Shown: positions 7,741 to 18,339, counted from the first letter of the stretch. The stretch: 44,957 bases of DNA from an uncultured Pseudomonadales bacterium (GCA_964491365.1 CAZBFU010000002.1:3354-48310), one strand, 5' to 3'. Translations and numbers: made by a program. Notes: generated from the sequence alone by a model not told the origin.

Positions 7741-7900
7741 AATTTAAGTTAGTGGAATGGATTTTAAGCTATAATTGTTTGAACTGGTAGGTGGGAAGCG
7801 TGCACCCACAATAAACTACTAAAAGATTGGTGAAATTGAGAAATAGTTTGAGGTGGAACATTCCCGCCAAAGCGGGACCGCAAACGACTAAATAGGCGTA

Positions 7901-8617
7901 GTGAGTTTAAACATTCAAAGTGAGTTAGAAATAAAAAAAGGAAAATTGTTGGTGGTGTTTCCGCACCCTGACGATGAGACGGTAATGACCGCTGGGTTGA
8001 TCCTGCGTGCCTTGAAGCTGGGGTGGCAGGTAAGAGTTTTAATTGTGACAAATGGAGGTAGAGGTAAAATTTTTATTCATGGCAATGGTCGAAGTGCCAC
8101 AGAAATTCGACTGGATGAGTTATCAAAAGCTATGAGAGTGTTAAGAGTTGCTGATTGGAAATGCGGTGGATTTGAAGATGCTCGCTTGAAAAATAGTACT
8201 TCTTGGCAGAAATGGGTAGGCAAAGAGCTGGAAGATTTTAACCCTAACCTTGTGGTAAGTTATGGTCCAGGTGGAGTAACTGGTCATCCAGATCATATTG
8301 TCTTAAGTAAATTTTTGTATGAGTTGTTATCAAAATCAAAATGGCAGTATTGGGGGGTAAGTCCAGTAGGTTGGGGGAGGCGGTTCTTTGTCCACCATCA
8401 CTTTGTTAAGACATTGATGGTTGGTGCTAGTTTGGTATGCCTAAATTGGTCAGAAGTATGGTTAAAGTGGCGCAGTGTGATGGTGTATAAGTCACAGATG
8501 CAGTTGTTAAAGCGCCTAAACTTGTTATGGTATTGGTCTGTTGAACGTTGTGAGGGTTATGTAGAATTGAAAACAAAAGACAATCTAATTTATAAATATG
8601 TAGAATTTAAAGTGTAA
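7901..8617 (+). CDS. PIG-L (LmbE-like) family deacetylase
   Basis: VVFPHPDDE motif near the N-terminus and a GHPDH motif mid-protein. The start is a GTG and is uncertain. Confidence 0.75.
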   Translation: MSLNIQSELEIKKGKLLVVFPHPDDETVMTAGLILRALKLGWQVRVLIVTNGGRGKIFIHGNGRSATEIRLDELSKAMRVLRVADWKCGGFEDARLKNSTSWQKWVGKELEDFNPNLVVSYGPGGVTGHPDHIVLSKFLYELLSKSKWQYWGVSPVGWGRRFFVHHHFVKTLMVGASLVCLNWSEVWLKWRSVMVYKSQMQLLKRLNLLWYWSVERCEGYVELKTKDNLIYKYVEFKV

Positions 8618-9972
8618 TGAAAATCTATAATTCGTTTTCTAAAGAGTTGGTTGAAGTTGAACCAAACAAAGATGGATTGGTGGGAATTTATGCATGTGGA
8701 CCAACTGTATATGACTACACCCATATTGGTCACGGTCGAAAATATGTTAATGATGACGTGATGAGGAGAGCATTAGGCTATTTAGGCTACAAAACTAGGT
8801 TTGTGATGAATATTACCGATGTGGGTCATTTGGTTTCTGATAGTGACGAAGGGGAAGATAAGTTAGAAAAAGGAGCAGCAAAGTCGGGAAAAACAGTTTG
8901 GGAGGTGGCAGAAGAATTCACAAGTTATTTCCACGAAGCGATGAGTAGTTTGGCGATCATACCTGCTGATGTTGAATGTAAGGCTACTGATCATATTCAA
9001 GAACAAATTGAGATGATCAAGGGTTTAATTGCTAAAGGCTTTGCTTATGAAACTGATCAAGCAATTTATTTTGAAGTGGCAAAATTCCCTAGATATGCCA
9101 ATTTATTTGGTCAGAGTTTGGAGGAGAAGGTGGTGGCAGCGCGGGAAGAAGTAAATACAGATAATCAAAAAAGGTCTGTGAGTGATTTTGCACTTTGGTT
9201 TAAATGTGTAGGTAGATTTTCAGATCATCAAATGCGTTGGGTTAGTCCTTGGGGTGAAGGATTTCCTGGATGGCATATTGAATGTAGTGCCATGAGTCGA
9301 AAATATTTGGGTGATCAATTCGAAATTCACACAGGTGGAGAAGATCACAAAAGTATCCATCATCCTAATGAAATTGCTCAAAGCGAGGCATATACAGGTA
9401 AAGAACCATTTGCAAAAATATGGATGCATCATGCATTTTTGAAAATTAATGGTGCCAAAATGAGTAAATCACATAATAATTACCTTCGAGTTGAAGATGT
9501 GACTGAGAAAGGATTTGAAAGTTTAGCCTTACGTTATATGTACTTAACAACTCATTATCGAAAGGTAATGAACTTTACCTTTGAGTCGCTTGAGGCGGCG
9601 GCAACTGCATTGAAGAAATTAAGGCAAGCAGCACAGAACCCTAGTGAGGGTAAGATTGAGAATTTTGAAAATTATGACGAGAAATTTTCGAGCTGCCTTG
9701 AAAATGATTTAAATATGGCAGAAGCTTTAGCGGTAGTTTGGGAGGTGGTCAAAAGTGATTTGACTAAAGAGCTAAAAACCAGTTTGTTAAAGAAATTTGA
9801 TCAAGTGTTGGGGTTAGATCTGTTTAGAGTTGAGCTAGTGAGTGATGAAGTTAAGCAATTACTTGAAGCTAGGGAAAAGGCAAGAGCCGAAAAGAACTAT
9901 GTGTTAGCAGATCAGCTTCGTGAACAAATTGGCAAGTTGGGATATCAAGTTAAAGATAGTGTGAGAAAATAG
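8617..9972 (+). CDS. cysS: Cysteine--tRNA ligase
   Basis: HIGHGR (HIGH) and KMSKS class I signatures. The WHIECS motif is typical of CysRS. Confidence 0.95.
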   Translation: MKIYNSFSKELVEVEPNKDGLVGIYACGPTVYDYTHIGHGRKYVNDDVMRRALGYLGYKTRFVMNITDVGHLVSDSDEGEDKLEKGAAKSGKTVWEVAEEFTSYFHEAMSSLAIIPADVECKATDHIQEQIEMIKGLIAKGFAYETDQAIYFEVAKFPRYANLFGQSLEEKVVAAREEVNTDNQKRSVSDFALWFKCVGRFSDHQMRWVSPWGEGFPGWHIECSAMSRKYLGDQFEIHTGGEDHKSIHHPNEIAQSEAYTGKEPFAKIWMHHAFLKINGAKMSKSHNNYLRVEDVTEKGFESLALRYMYLTTHYRKVMNFTFESLEAAATALKKLRQAAQNPSEGKIENFENYDEKFSSCLENDLNMAEALAVVWEVVKSDLTKELKTSLLKKFDQVLGLDLFRVELVSDEVKQLLEAREKARAEKNYVLADQLREQIGKLGYQVKDSVRK

Positions 9973-9977
9973 CGGGT

Positions 9978-11018
9978 ATGGGATTGAAGATTGGTATTGT
10001 CGGATTGCCCAACGTGGGTAAGTCAACACTATTTAATGCTCTACTTAAACGTCAACAGGCGTTGGTGGCTAATTATCCATTTGCCACGATTGAACCAAAT
10101 GTGGGAGTGGTAGAAGTGCCAGATGATCGGTTGAGTAAGTTAGCTAAAATGAGTAATTCTGGCAAGATTGTTTACGCTACGGTAGAGTTTGTCGATATTG
10201 CTGGGCTAGTAAAGGGTGCTTCTACAGGAGCTGGTTTAGGTAATAAATTTCTTTCACACATTAGAGAAGTAGATTTAATTGTCAATTTGATGCGTGATTT
10301 TGCTGATAACGATGTGGTCAAGGAGGGGAGTGTAGACCCTGTTTCCGACTATGAAGTAATAAAAGCGGAATTGATTTTGAAAGATTTAGAGACAGTCATG
10401 AGAGTAAGAGAGGGAAAAGAAATCAGAAGTAAGGGTATGGAAAAGAAAAAGGAATTGGTAGATAAACTGTACCAAGGATTGAATGAAGGTAAAAGAGCTG
10501 ATGAGGTAGTTGGTGTAGATGAATTGGAAGAAGTAAAAGATTTATGTCTTTTGAGTACAAAAAAAGAATTAAAAGTCTTAAATGTGGCAGAAGACGATGC
10601 GAGACTACGCGAGAATGGTGAGCAGTTGGTAATAAGTGCCAAGATTGAGGCTGAAGTAGCGGCTTTAGGTGATGTAGAAGCTAAAGAATATCTTTCCGCT
10701 CTTGGAATTACACAATCAGGCTTGAATCGACTAATTAAGGCTGCATACAAAGCCTTAGGTTTAATCAGTTTCTTAACGACAGGTGAAATGGAAAGTAGGG
10801 CATGGACGACTCGGGTAGGAGCAAAAGCACCCGAAGCAGCGGGAGTAATTCATACCGATTTTGAGAAGAAGTTTATCAAGGCAAAAGTGGTCACTTATGA
10901 AGACTTTGTAACTTTAGGAGGTTGGAAAGAGGCAGCTACGGCTGGAAAACTACGAATGGAAGGTAGGGACTACATAATCAAGGATGGAGATGTGGTTGAG
11001 TTCATGATCGGAAGTTAG
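9978..11018 (+). CDS. ychF: Redox-regulated ATPase YchF
   Basis: [19 protein letters not shown]-loop, a TGS-like C-terminus (DGDVVEF) and a size of 346 aa. Confidence 0.93.
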   Translation: MGLKIGIVGLPNVGKSTLFNALLKRQQALVANYPFATIEPNVGVVEVPDDRLSKLAKMSNSGKIVYATVEFVDIAGLVKGASTGAGLGNKFLSHIREVDLIVNLMRDFADNDVVKEGSVDPVSDYEVIKAELILKDLETVMRVREGKEIRSKGMEKKKELVDKLYQGLNEGKRADEVVGVDELEEVKDLCLLSTKKELKVLNVAEDDARLRENGEQLVISAKIEAEVAALGDVEAKEYLSALGITQSGLNRLIKAAYKALGLISFLTTGEMESRAWTTRVGAKAPEAAGVIHTDFEKKFIKAKVVTYEDFVTLGGWKEAATAGKLRMEGRDYIIKDGDVVEFMIGS

Positions 11019-11058
11019 GCTTGGCGGATGGATCAAAGTATTGTAAAATAGCGCAGTT

Positions 11059-11361
11059 ATGCAGAAAAACTACGAATTAGTCGCATTGTTTCCCACCAAG
11101 ATGAACGATATTTTGGCGGAAAAAACCTTAACCGAAATGTGTAAAAATAGCGGTTTTAAGGTAGCAGAGGTTGATAAATGGGGTGTAAAACCATTGGTGT
11201 ATCCGATTAAAAAAGAAACCAAGGCATACTATTTACGCTTGCTTATTTCTGGTGGGGATACTGCCAAATTACTCGGATCTTTAAAGCTAGAAGATTCATT
11301 ATTACGCCATTTGTTATTAGTCACAAACGAAGTAGCTAAGCCTAAAAAGGCGGCTAAATAA
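11059..11361 (+). CDS. rpsF: 30S ribosomal protein S6
   Basis: YEL..L N-terminus, 100 aa, and the rpsF-ssb-rpsR gene order. Confidence 0.8.
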   Translation: MQKNYELVALFPTKMNDILAEKTLTEMCKNSGFKVAEVDKWGVKPLVYPIKKETKAYYLRLLISGGDTAKLLGSLKLEDSLLRHLLLVTNEVAKPKKAAK

Positions 11362-11364
11362 GAT

Positions 11365-11859
11365 ATGAGTGTCAGGAGTCTTAACAAAGTGATGTTGATT
11401 GGGAATCTAACTAGAGATCCAGAGCTTCGCTATACACCTTCTAATACAGCCGTGGTGACCTTTGGTATTGCTACAAACCGTGAATGGGTAGACGCATCAG
11501 GGCAAAAACAAGAAGGAGCTGAATATCACAAGATTGTCGCTTGGAACAAACTTGCTGAGATATGTGCAAATGTTTTATTTAAAGGGAGAAAATGTTTTGT
11601 TTCTGGCAGATTGCAGACCCGTACCTGGCAAGGTCAAGATGGGGCAGAGAGACAGACAACTGAAATTGTGATCGACGAGATGATTGCTTTTGGAGAGGGA
11701 CGTGGAAATGGATCAGAAGAAACATCATACAGTTCAGGTTCAACTGATACAGTAGCCAGCGATGCTAGTGAGGTGTTCGCCGAAGAAGTACCTACTGGAG
11801 CAAAGAAATCTGCTAAGAAATCTAAAGCCCAGGAAATTGCTGATGACATCCCTTTTTAA
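11365..11859 (+). CDS. ssb: Single-stranded DNA-binding protein
   Basis: N.V.LIGNLTRDPELRYT OB-fold start and an acidic C-terminal tip DDIPF. Confidence 0.95.
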   Translation: MSVRSLNKVMLIGNLTRDPELRYTPSNTAVVTFGIATNREWVDASGQKQEGAEYHKIVAWNKLAEICANVLFKGRKCFVSGRLQTRTWQGQDGAERQTTEIVIDEMIAFGEGRGNGSEETSYSSGSTDTVASDASEVFAEEVPTGAKKSAKKSKAQEIADDIPF

Positions 11860-11880
11860 TTAATCGACTAGAACAAAAAA

Positions 11881-12111
11881 ATGATCGTCAAGAAAAAAAT
11901 CAAAAAATCCAATAAACCTTGCGCATATTGTGTCAAGGGTAGTGAACCAGATTACAAAGACATCGAAGGTCTTCAAGTTGTTTTGTCTCCAAAAGGGAAA
12001 ATAGTGAATCGATTGTTAACTGGTGTTTGTCAAAAACATCAAAAGAGAGCATCGAGTGCGGTCAAGCAAGCTAGGGTCTTGGCAATGCTACCTTTTGAAG
12101 GTAGACTTTAG
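11881..12111 (+). CDS. rpsR: 30S ribosomal protein S18
   Basis: C.YC.....DYKD......L...GKI..R..TG.C.KHQ pattern. Confidence 0.9.
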   Translation: MIVKKKIKKSNKPCAYCVKGSEPDYKDIEGLQVVLSPKGKIVNRLLTGVCQKHQKRASSAVKQARVLAMLPFEGRL

Positions 12112-12113
12112 AG

Positions 12114-13310
12114 ATGGGTTTTTTGACAAAGATTAGAATAGTAGCGATTGTTGCTTTGGTCGGAGTAGTTGCTTTTTTGTTTGGCGTGGAGCAGGGAAGA
12201 AAAACCAGCATGGTTTCGGTAGCATCTAGTAGTGCATCAAAAGCCGATATGAGCTTGTTTTGGCGTGTTTGGCAACGCTTGGAGGAAAGATATTTGGATT
12301 CCAGTGCCCTTGATGTAAAGAAGATGACGTATGGAGCAATTGCAGGCATGACCGCAGCTTTAGACGATCCTTATACCTCTTTTTTTCCACCGACTGAGAA
12401 TTCAAGAAGCAAGGAAGATTTACAAGGAGAATTTGCAGGCGTGGGAATTCAATTAGGGTTTGTAGACAAAACATTAGCAGTAATGTCACCATTACCTGGA
12501 AATCCAGCTGAAAAAGCTGGGATTAAGGCTGGTGATTTGATCTTGCATATAAAGGATGAAGTTAACAAAGTTGATAAAGATACCCAAGGAATAACCTTAA
12601 ACGATGCTGTTGACTTGATTAGAGGAAAAAGAGGTGAACAGGTCACACTCACTATTTTTAGAGAAGGTGAGAAGAATACCAAAGATTACACATTAACTAG
12701 AGAAACGATCAATATAGCTTCAGTAGAGTATAGTTTTGTAGGTAGTAGTAAAAATATACTTTTAGTCAAAGTTAATCGCTTCGGTGATAAAACCAAAGAT
12801 GAATGGGAAGCGGCAGTAACGGCATATCTAAATATTAAGAATCGAGGAGGCGTGGTCTTGGACCTTCGTAATAATCCTGGAGGATATTTGCAACGAGCTG
12901 TTGACTTAGGTAGCGAATTTATTGCTGATGGCGTGATTGTGAAACAACAAGGTAAAAATTTAACAGAGACAATGAATGCGAATGGAAACGGAAGATTAAT
13001 TGGTGAGAAATTAGTGATTTTGATTAATAAAGGGTCAGCTTCTGCGAGTGAGATCTTGGCAGGTGCTCTTGCCGAAAGAGTTGGGGCAAAATTAGTTGGT
13101 GAGAAGAGTTTTGGTAAGGGAACTGTTCAAGAAGTTGAAGATTTCCCTGGAGGGGCAGGTATTCACATCACTATAGCAAAATGGCTGTTGCCATCAGGTA
13201 AAAATATACATAAAGAAGGACTTGAACCAGACATTGCAGTTGAATATGTTGTTAATGAGAAAGATCCTACAGCAGACAATCAACTTGAAAAAGCGATCGA
13301 GTCGCTATAA
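12114..13310 (+). CDS. S41 family carboxyl-terminal processing peptidase
   Basis: N-terminal TM segment, PDZ segment (GNPAEKAGIKAGD), and a serine protease core (LINKGSASASEILAGAL). Confidence 0.88.
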   Translation: MGFLTKIRIVAIVALVGVVAFLFGVEQGRKTSMVSVASSSASKADMSLFWRVWQRLEERYLDSSALDVKKMTYGAIAGMTAALDDPYTSFFPPTENSRSKEDLQGEFAGVGIQLGFVDKTLAVMSPLPGNPAEKAGIKAGDLILHIKDEVNKVDKDTQGITLNDAVDLIRGKRGEQVTLTIFREGEKNTKDYTLTRETINIASVEYSFVGSSKNILLVKVNRFGDKTKDEWEAAVTAYLNIKNRGGVVLDLRNNPGGYLQRAVDLGSEFIADGVIVKQQGKNLTETMNANGNGRLIGEKLVILINKGSASASEILAGALAERVGAKLVGEKSFGKGTVQEVEDFPGGAGIHITIAKWLLPSGKNIHKEGLEPDIAVEYVVNEKDPTADNQLEKAIESL

Positions 13311-13322
13311 GATTTTTTATTG

Positions 13323-14486
13323 ATGCGGAATTTTGTATTTGGTTTACTCATTTCAGTTTTAATAATCATTTCAGCCTTAGGTGGGGCATTGGCTGATAGA
13401 TTTTTTGTCATTAAGCCTTTGGATCAGCTAATGCAGAGAAGAGGACTACCTACCTCATCTGGTCAAAGTTCGTCTCAATTTATTTATGAAGAAAATGCAG
13501 TTATCGATGTTGCTTCCAAAGCGAGTCCATCAGTAGTTACTGTCTCTGTTGTAAGTACTACTCGTCCACAAACGGTTTTTGATCCATTTGGACTGTTTGG
13601 TGACCAGTCAAATACTCAAGGAGAGGGCAAATCTGTAACTAGAGATATTGGTACTGGGTTCATTGTAGATAAAGCAGGACTAATTGTGACCAATAAGCAT
13701 GTTGTTAGTGAAGTAGGAGCTAAATATAAAGTGATTGAGAAAGACGACACAGAATACGAAGTCAAAGATGTTTATCGGGATCCGATTATTGATCTTGCAA
13801 TTTTAAGAATTGAACCCAAAGATGGAAAAGAATTAGCAGTTTCGACACTCGGTGACTCAAGCAAGATAAAAGTAGGACAGTTTGTAGTAGCAATAGGTAC
13901 AGCCCTTGGAGAATTTAGACATACTGTTACCACAGGTGTAATTTCCGGTTTGGGAAGAGGAATACAAGCGGGCGACCAGTTTGCAGGTCAAGTCGAAGAA
14001 ATCGAGAACGTCATTCAAACAGATGCGGCAATTAATCCTGGAAACTCAGGAGGACCTTTGTTAACTTCTTCTGGGGAAGTAATCGGGGTTAATGTGGCTG
14101 TGGCTGGAAATGCTCAAAATATTGGCTTTGCTGTTCCTATCAATGTCATCAAAGAAGCGATTGATAATTTTCAGCAAACTGGCCAGTTTAAACGGGCGAT
14201 GTTGGGCGTGAGATACAGAATGATAAGTAAAGATGCAGCTTTGTACAATGAAGTGCCTGAAGGGGCATATATTGTCGAGGTAGTTGAAGGTGCAACTGCA
14301 GACCAAGCAGGTATTGTGACAGGCGACATCATGATTAGTTTTGATGGAGTCAAGGTAAAAGATATCAAAGGAGGCTTAGCTGCAGCTCTGTCAAAAAAGA
14401 AAGTGGGTGATAAAGTGACAATTGAGTATTGGCGGAACGGAGAAAACAAAAAAGTAGAAGTAGTACTTAAAGAGGTGGTTGAATAG
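13323..14486 (+). CDS. htrA: HtrA/DegP-type trypsin-like serine protease with PDZ domain
   Basis: GTGFIVD, DLAIL and TDAAINPGNSGGPL catalytic motifs, plus a C-terminal PDZ (ADQAGIVTGD). An in-frame TTG lies at 13320. Confidence 0.9.
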   Translation: MRNFVFGLLISVLIIISALGGALADRFFVIKPLDQLMQRRGLPTSSGQSSSQFIYEENAVIDVASKASPSVVTVSVVSTTRPQTVFDPFGLFGDQSNTQGEGKSVTRDIGTGFIVDKAGLIVTNKHVVSEVGAKYKVIEKDDTEYEVKDVYRDPIIDLAILRIEPKDGKELAVSTLGDSSKIKVGQFVVAIGTALGEFRHTVTTGVISGLGRGIQAGDQFAGQVEEIENVIQTDAAINPGNSGGPLLTSSGEVIGVNVAVAGNAQNIGFAVPINVIKEAIDNFQQTGQFKRAMLGVRYRMISKDAALYNEVPEGAYIVEVVEGATADQAGIVTGDIMISFDGVKVKDIKGGLAAALSKKKVGDKVTIEYWRNGENKKVEVVLKEVVE

Positions 14487-15390
14487 CAATGTTATCGATG
14501 GTGTAGGTGAGAACATCGGCTAAATCTCCCTCCATCACTTCCTTTAAAGAGTACCAACTTTTTCCTAAACGATGATCGGTTAAACGATTCTGAGGAAAAT
14601 TGTAAGTTTTGATTTTTTCAGAACGCATACCTCGACCAATTGCTTGACGACTGTCCTCCATGGATTTTAATCTTTCTTCTTCTTGTAATTCCCAAAGTTT
14701 GGAGCGGAGCATTTCTAGAGCAATTTGTTTGTTTCTTTCTTGCGTTCTTTCAACTCTGACAAAGGTGATTAATCCTGTTGGTTTGTGGGTAAGACGAACA
14801 GCACTACTTACCTTGTTAACATTTTGTCCTCCAGGTCCTCCAGCTCTGGTAAATTGCCATTCAAGATCTGACTCCTTAATCTCTACAGCTTTTGGAGGTA
14901 ACACAGGTAAGACGGCTACTGTAGCTGTTGAAGTATGTATGCGTCCAGCACTTTCAGTAGAGGGGACTCTTTGAACCCGATGAACACCAGCTTCAGCTTT
15001 AAATGTTTGAAACGTTCCATAAGCCCAAGGATTAGATTTTGATTTGCTGATTTTAAGGGTACTTTCGTCCAAAATTTCACACTTTAGATCCGTGTTTTCG
15101 GCAAAACGCATATACATGCGGGCTAAGTCGGCAGCAAATAGACTTGCCTCATCGCCACCAGCAGCTGCACGAATTTCTATTATCACCGGGGCATCGTTAA
15201 TGAGCTGAATAGATTCTGTTGAATCATCATCATTATTATTGCCGGATCGGAGAGCATCAAGTTGGGACTTTAAGCTTTTTATCTCTTCAGAAGCTAACTC
15301 CTTGAGTTCGGGATCCTCAAGTAGTTTGGTGTTATGAGAAATTTTAGCCTCTAGCTGGCTGATGGTTTCGGAAAGATAGTCAAAGCTCAT
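14467..15390 (-). CDS. prfA: Peptide chain release factor 1 (short form, 307 aa)
   Basis: GGQNVNK (GGQ) motif. RF1-type codon-recognition segment RVQRVPSTESAGRIHTS (PxT class, not the SPF of RF2). Confidence 0.88.
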   Translation of the reverse strand: MSFDYLSETISQLEAKISHNTKLLEDPELKELASEEIKSLKSQLDALRSGNNNDDDSTESIQLINDAPVIIEIRAAAGGDEASLFAADLARMYMRFAENTDLKCEILDESTLKISKSKSNPWAYGTFQTFKAEAGVHRVQRVPSTESAGRIHTSTATVAVLPVLPPKAVEIKESDLEWQFTRAGGPGGQNVNKVSSAVRLTHKPTGLITFVRVERTQERNKQIALEMLRSKLWELQEEERLKSMEDSRQAIGRGMRSEKIKTYNFPQNRLTDHRLGKSWYSLKEVMEGDLADVLTYTIDNIAIQPPL

Positions 15391-15690
15391 CTACTCTGCA
15401 ACTTTTACGCCTGAAAGCATGTCCTTGAGGGACTTATGTTGAGAATTATCTTTTTTCTGATTTTTAGATTTTTTAGCAACTGGCGAGGCAATGGCTGCCT
15501 GTCTTTTGGCCATGAATTTATCTACTTTACCAAGTGTGTCGACAAATCTTTGCTCACCAGTATAAAAAGGGTGACATTTGGAGCAAATATCTACTTGAAG
15601 GGTAGGGAGCACTGAACCTAAGGTAAATGTGTTGCCACAGCCACACTTAATGGCAGTCTGATGGTAGGTAGGATGCAAATTAGCTTTCAT
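15391..15690 (-). CDS. rpmE: 50S ribosomal protein L31 with extended basic tail
   Basis: MK...HP.Y......C.CG......S........D.CS.CHPFYTG pattern. Confidence 0.9.
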   Translation of the reverse strand: MKANLHPTYHQTAIKCGCGNTFTLGSVLPTLQVDICSKCHPFYTGEQRFVDTLGKVDKFMAKRQAAIASPVAKKSKNQKKDNSQHKSLKDMLSGVKVAE

Positions 15691-15698
15691 ACAGTGGT

Positions 15699-16433
15699 CT
15701 ATTTTAGCACACGAGTGGCTCTTTGGGACAAGAAGACTCCAAAGACAACCAAAGCTAAGCCAAGCATGATGGGAGTGGAAATCGACTCTTTAAGCCAGAA
15801 AATTGACAAGGGGAAGGCAAAGACGGGGTGTAGATAGGTAAAAATGGCTGCTTCAGAAGCCTCGATCAAGGTTTGGGCTTTGTAGTAAGCCCAGAAAGCA
15901 ACAACTGAGCCAAATAAACTAAGATATCCGATTAAGAGCAGATTGGAGGAGTTGAATAGGCTTTTAGTAACTAAAGGAATGCCTTGGAAACAGGCGTACA
16001 GTCCGAAGAATAAGGCGCCAACTGCATATGAAATCAAACTCGTTTGTATTGGATCGGCTTTTAAGCGCTTGGAAAGTAGCAAGAAAGCTGTCCAAATAAT
16101 ATTTGAGAGAACAATGAGTAGGTTGCCATTTCCAAGGCTGAAGTCTTTATGACCTCCATCGACAAAGGTAATAATAAGTGTGCCAATTAGGGCAAGTGAA
16201 GCGCCAAGTTTTTCAGATTTGTTCAGTTTTTCCTTTAATATTAACCAGCCGCCGAAGATGGTAAATATTGGTCCAATTGCAGACAATAAGGATGCTTCAA
16301 AAGAAGAGGTCTGTTTTAAGCCTTCGTAAAGTGGTAGTAAGGTTAGTGGAGTACCTAATAGTGCAAGAAGAAGTAGTTTTCCTGGTTGTTTAATTTTCGC
16401 CCTGATATTGGTTTTTGAGATAGTGAAAGGCAA
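15699..16433 (-). CDS. EamA/DMT family transporter. The gene appears disrupted: its N-terminal part lies in another frame (see findings).
   Basis: Multi-TM protein with the duplicated EamA-type pattern. The ORF as called starts at TTG 16433. Roughly 45 further EamA-like codons lie upstream, out of frame. Confidence 0.7.
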   Translation of the reverse strand: MPFTISKTNIRAKIKQPGKLLLLALLGTPLTLLPLYEGLKQTSSFEASLLSAIGPIFTIFGGWLILKEKLNKSEKLGASLALIGTLIITFVDGGHKDFSLGNGNLLIVLSNIIWTAFLLLSKRLKADPIQTSLISYAVGALFFGLYACFQGIPLVTKSLFNSSNLLLIGYLSLFGSVVAFWAYYKAQTLIEASEAAIFTYLHPVFAFPLSIFWLKESISTPIMLGLALVVFGVFLSQRATRVLK

Positions 16434-16572
16434 AAAGATAATAGTGGCTAGTAAAAATCTCCAAAATAAAAGTTGAACAGGGGAGATAGTACTATAAGAA
16501 GCTTTAGCTAACGGTGGAATGATCCCCCAGAGTAGGGAATTAGCAATCAGTAAAAGATAAGCGAAATGGCGT

Positions 16573-17253
16573 TTAGAGAGTTTTATAGAGAGTTAAGACT
16601 GGTGACTTGGTACCGTCAACCAGTATGACACCGACAATTTGAGAATTCAATTTGAAATCTGAAACTTCTTCTTTGATTTTCTTACCTAAACTAACTTCGT
16701 AGGAGTTGTCTTTGGTGGTTAAGGTGAGTGTATCTTTGGCGGTATTAATTTTTGAGACAGTGGCGATTATGGTTTGTTTAACTACAGCAGTAGTTGGTTT
16801 ATAGGCGACAAGTCTCTTGGCTTTGAGAATGCCTTGATTGTTTAATTTACCTATCGCAATAAGATTGTCATTAATTGAGACTTGATCAAGTTTGATCGAC
16901 TTACCATCTTTTATGATGGCTGAATCGGTAGCTGTAGTTATCTGAAGAGGACCATAGTTTAGCGACTTTAAATCGATAACACCTTGATTGATAGCTGTCA
17001 CAGTTCCCACAAATCCATACCATCGGTTTGTATCGATAGCAGAATTAGTATTAAGGGTGGTTTGAACTAACTGAGGATCTACTTTTAGTTTTTCGTCCAC
17101 AACATTCTTAATTTTTTCTTGAAGCTCTTTTTTGATTGTGTCGCTGTCTGTGGCTAGGGGAGTATCTTCAATTGTTGGCGTCGGAGTTATGGCAAGAACA
17201 TTAGTAATTGAAGTGAGAAATAGTACTAAAGTTATCAAAATTGTTTTAGTCAT
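16573..17253 (-). CDS. Hypothetical secreted protein
   Basis: N-terminal signal peptide (MTKTILITLVLFLTSITNVLA). No catalytic motif recognised. Confidence 0.55.
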   Translation of the reverse strand: MTKTILITLVLFLTSITNVLAITPTPTIEDTPLATDSDTIKKELQEKIKNVVDEKLKVDPQLVQTTLNTNSAIDTNRWYGFVGTVTAINQGVIDLKSLNYGPLQITTATDSAIIKDGKSIKLDQVSINDNLIAIGKLNNQGILKAKRLVAYKPTTAVVKQTIIATVSKINTAKDTLTLTTKDNSYEVSLGKKIKEEVSDFKLNSQIVGVILVDGTKSPVLTLYKTL

Positions 17254-17698
17254 CTAGTTTTGCGGTTGTATATATTACTGAAACTGTTGCAGTGGTGGAT
17301 ACACCTTGGAAGACTTGGGTCAGTGTAATTAAATTGTCTCCACCGATAAGATTGAAATCAGTTGTGAAAGTTCCAGAGTCGCTGACTGTGGCAATACGTT
17401 CATCTTCTTCACTAGTGATAATTACGGTAGAACCAGGAGTTGCGGTACCTGTAATCTTTAATGGAGTTTTGAAAGCAAGGCTGTGATTTAAGGGAGCAGT
17501 GATAGTTAAACCTTTTGTGGGTACTATTGAAGGTGTAATACTAGGCGATACTTCATCTATCGAAGGGGTAGGTTCTTGTTTGGATGAGGTTGCAGAATTA
17601 GCTTGTTGACTAGATTTCTCAGCTAATTGGATACCAAAGAGTAGCACTCCTCCAAGTATCAGACCTAAGATGACGGCAAAAAGAACCTCTTTCTTCAT
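17246..17698 (-). CDS. Hypothetical membrane-anchored protein with an Ig-like beta domain
   Basis: N-terminal TM anchor, a Ser/Pro/Thr linker, then a beta-rich segment (ITGTATPGSTVIIT...SDSGTFT). Overlaps the downstream gene by 8 nt. Confidence 0.55.
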   Translation of the reverse strand: MKKEVLFAVILGLILGGVLLFGIQLAEKSSQQANSATSSKQEPTPSIDEVSPSITPSIVPTKGLTITAPLNHSLAFKTPLKITGTATPGSTVIITSEEDERIATVSDSGTFTTDFNLIGGDNLITLTQVFQGVSTTATVSVIYTTAKLDD

Positions 17699-17781
17699 AG
17701 TTGGTCAGCTGTCAATCTATCAGTATGAGGCAATAAATGCAAGGATGGAAGTCTTGATAGTTATGCTAAGATAGACCCCAA

Positions 17782-18339
17782 ATGGAGATCACATTTGTAG
17801 GAGCAAATACATTTAGATTAAAAACAAAGACTGTTGTTGTCGTAGGTAATGCTACAACTAATAAAGAAAGAGGGGACGTGAGTTATAGTGTGGTCGGAGA
17901 AGCCGTAGAACTGCCTGCTGCGACTCGTGATAAGTCTTTTAGAATTGAGAAAGACGGTGAATATGAGTTGGGGATGGTATCTTTTATTTTTGACTCTCAG
18001 AAGGACAATAAATCAGTAGAATTCAAAGCATGCACATTGCGTGCTGAAGGTGTGATATTGGTTGATTTATCAGCATATCTTGGCCAAGATTTAACAGATA
18101 AACAAATTGAAAAGTACGGTGAGGCTGATGTTGTCTTTGCCAATGTGAGTAATGCAAATTATGCAATTGATAAATTGGCACCGACTTATCTGATCTTGAC
18201 AGGATACGAAAGTATGGACGGTTTAGAAGGACAATTGTCCAGTGTCAAGTTTGAGAACTTGAAGAAAGATTTGGACAAGCTGAAAATTGACGCTGACTCA
18301 CTATCGGAAAACACCGAAGTGATAGCGCTACATGTCTAA
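17782..18339 (+). CDS. Hypothetical protein
   Basis: 185-aa ORF overlapping the dnaB start by 8 nt. The N-terminus faintly resembles an MBL fold, but no His motif is present. Confidence 0.45.
   Translation: MEITFVGANTFRLKTKTVVVVGNATTNKERGDVSYSVVGEAVELPAATRDKSFRIEKDGEYELGMVSFIFDSQKDNKSVEFKACTLRAEGVILVDLSAYLGQDLTDKQIEKYGEADVVFANVSNANYAIDKLAPTYLILTGYESMDGLEGQLSSVKFENLKKDLDKLKIDADSLSENTEVIALHV

Noticed and set aside
5995-7754. GTTAGTG at both borders of the GHKL gene as a target-site duplication.
   Set aside because: This is only a 7-mer, with no inverted terminal repeats and no integrase or transposase. It is compatible with chance and is mentioned only as a weak hint.
7764-8051. A 95-aa minus-strand ORF spanning the GHKL / PIG-L intergenic region, and the hairpin TCCCGC-CAAA-GCGGGA at 7862-7877.
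   Set aside because: The ORF overlaps the well-supported PIG-L start and has low-complexity composition. The hairpin has no U-tract in either orientation, so no function can be assigned.
17782-18339. The gene upstream of dnaB might be ribosomal protein L9, the usual neighbour.
   Set aside because: The sequence lacks the L9 N-terminal MKVILL.DV..LGK.G motif and the C-terminal domain pattern. It is left as hypothetical.
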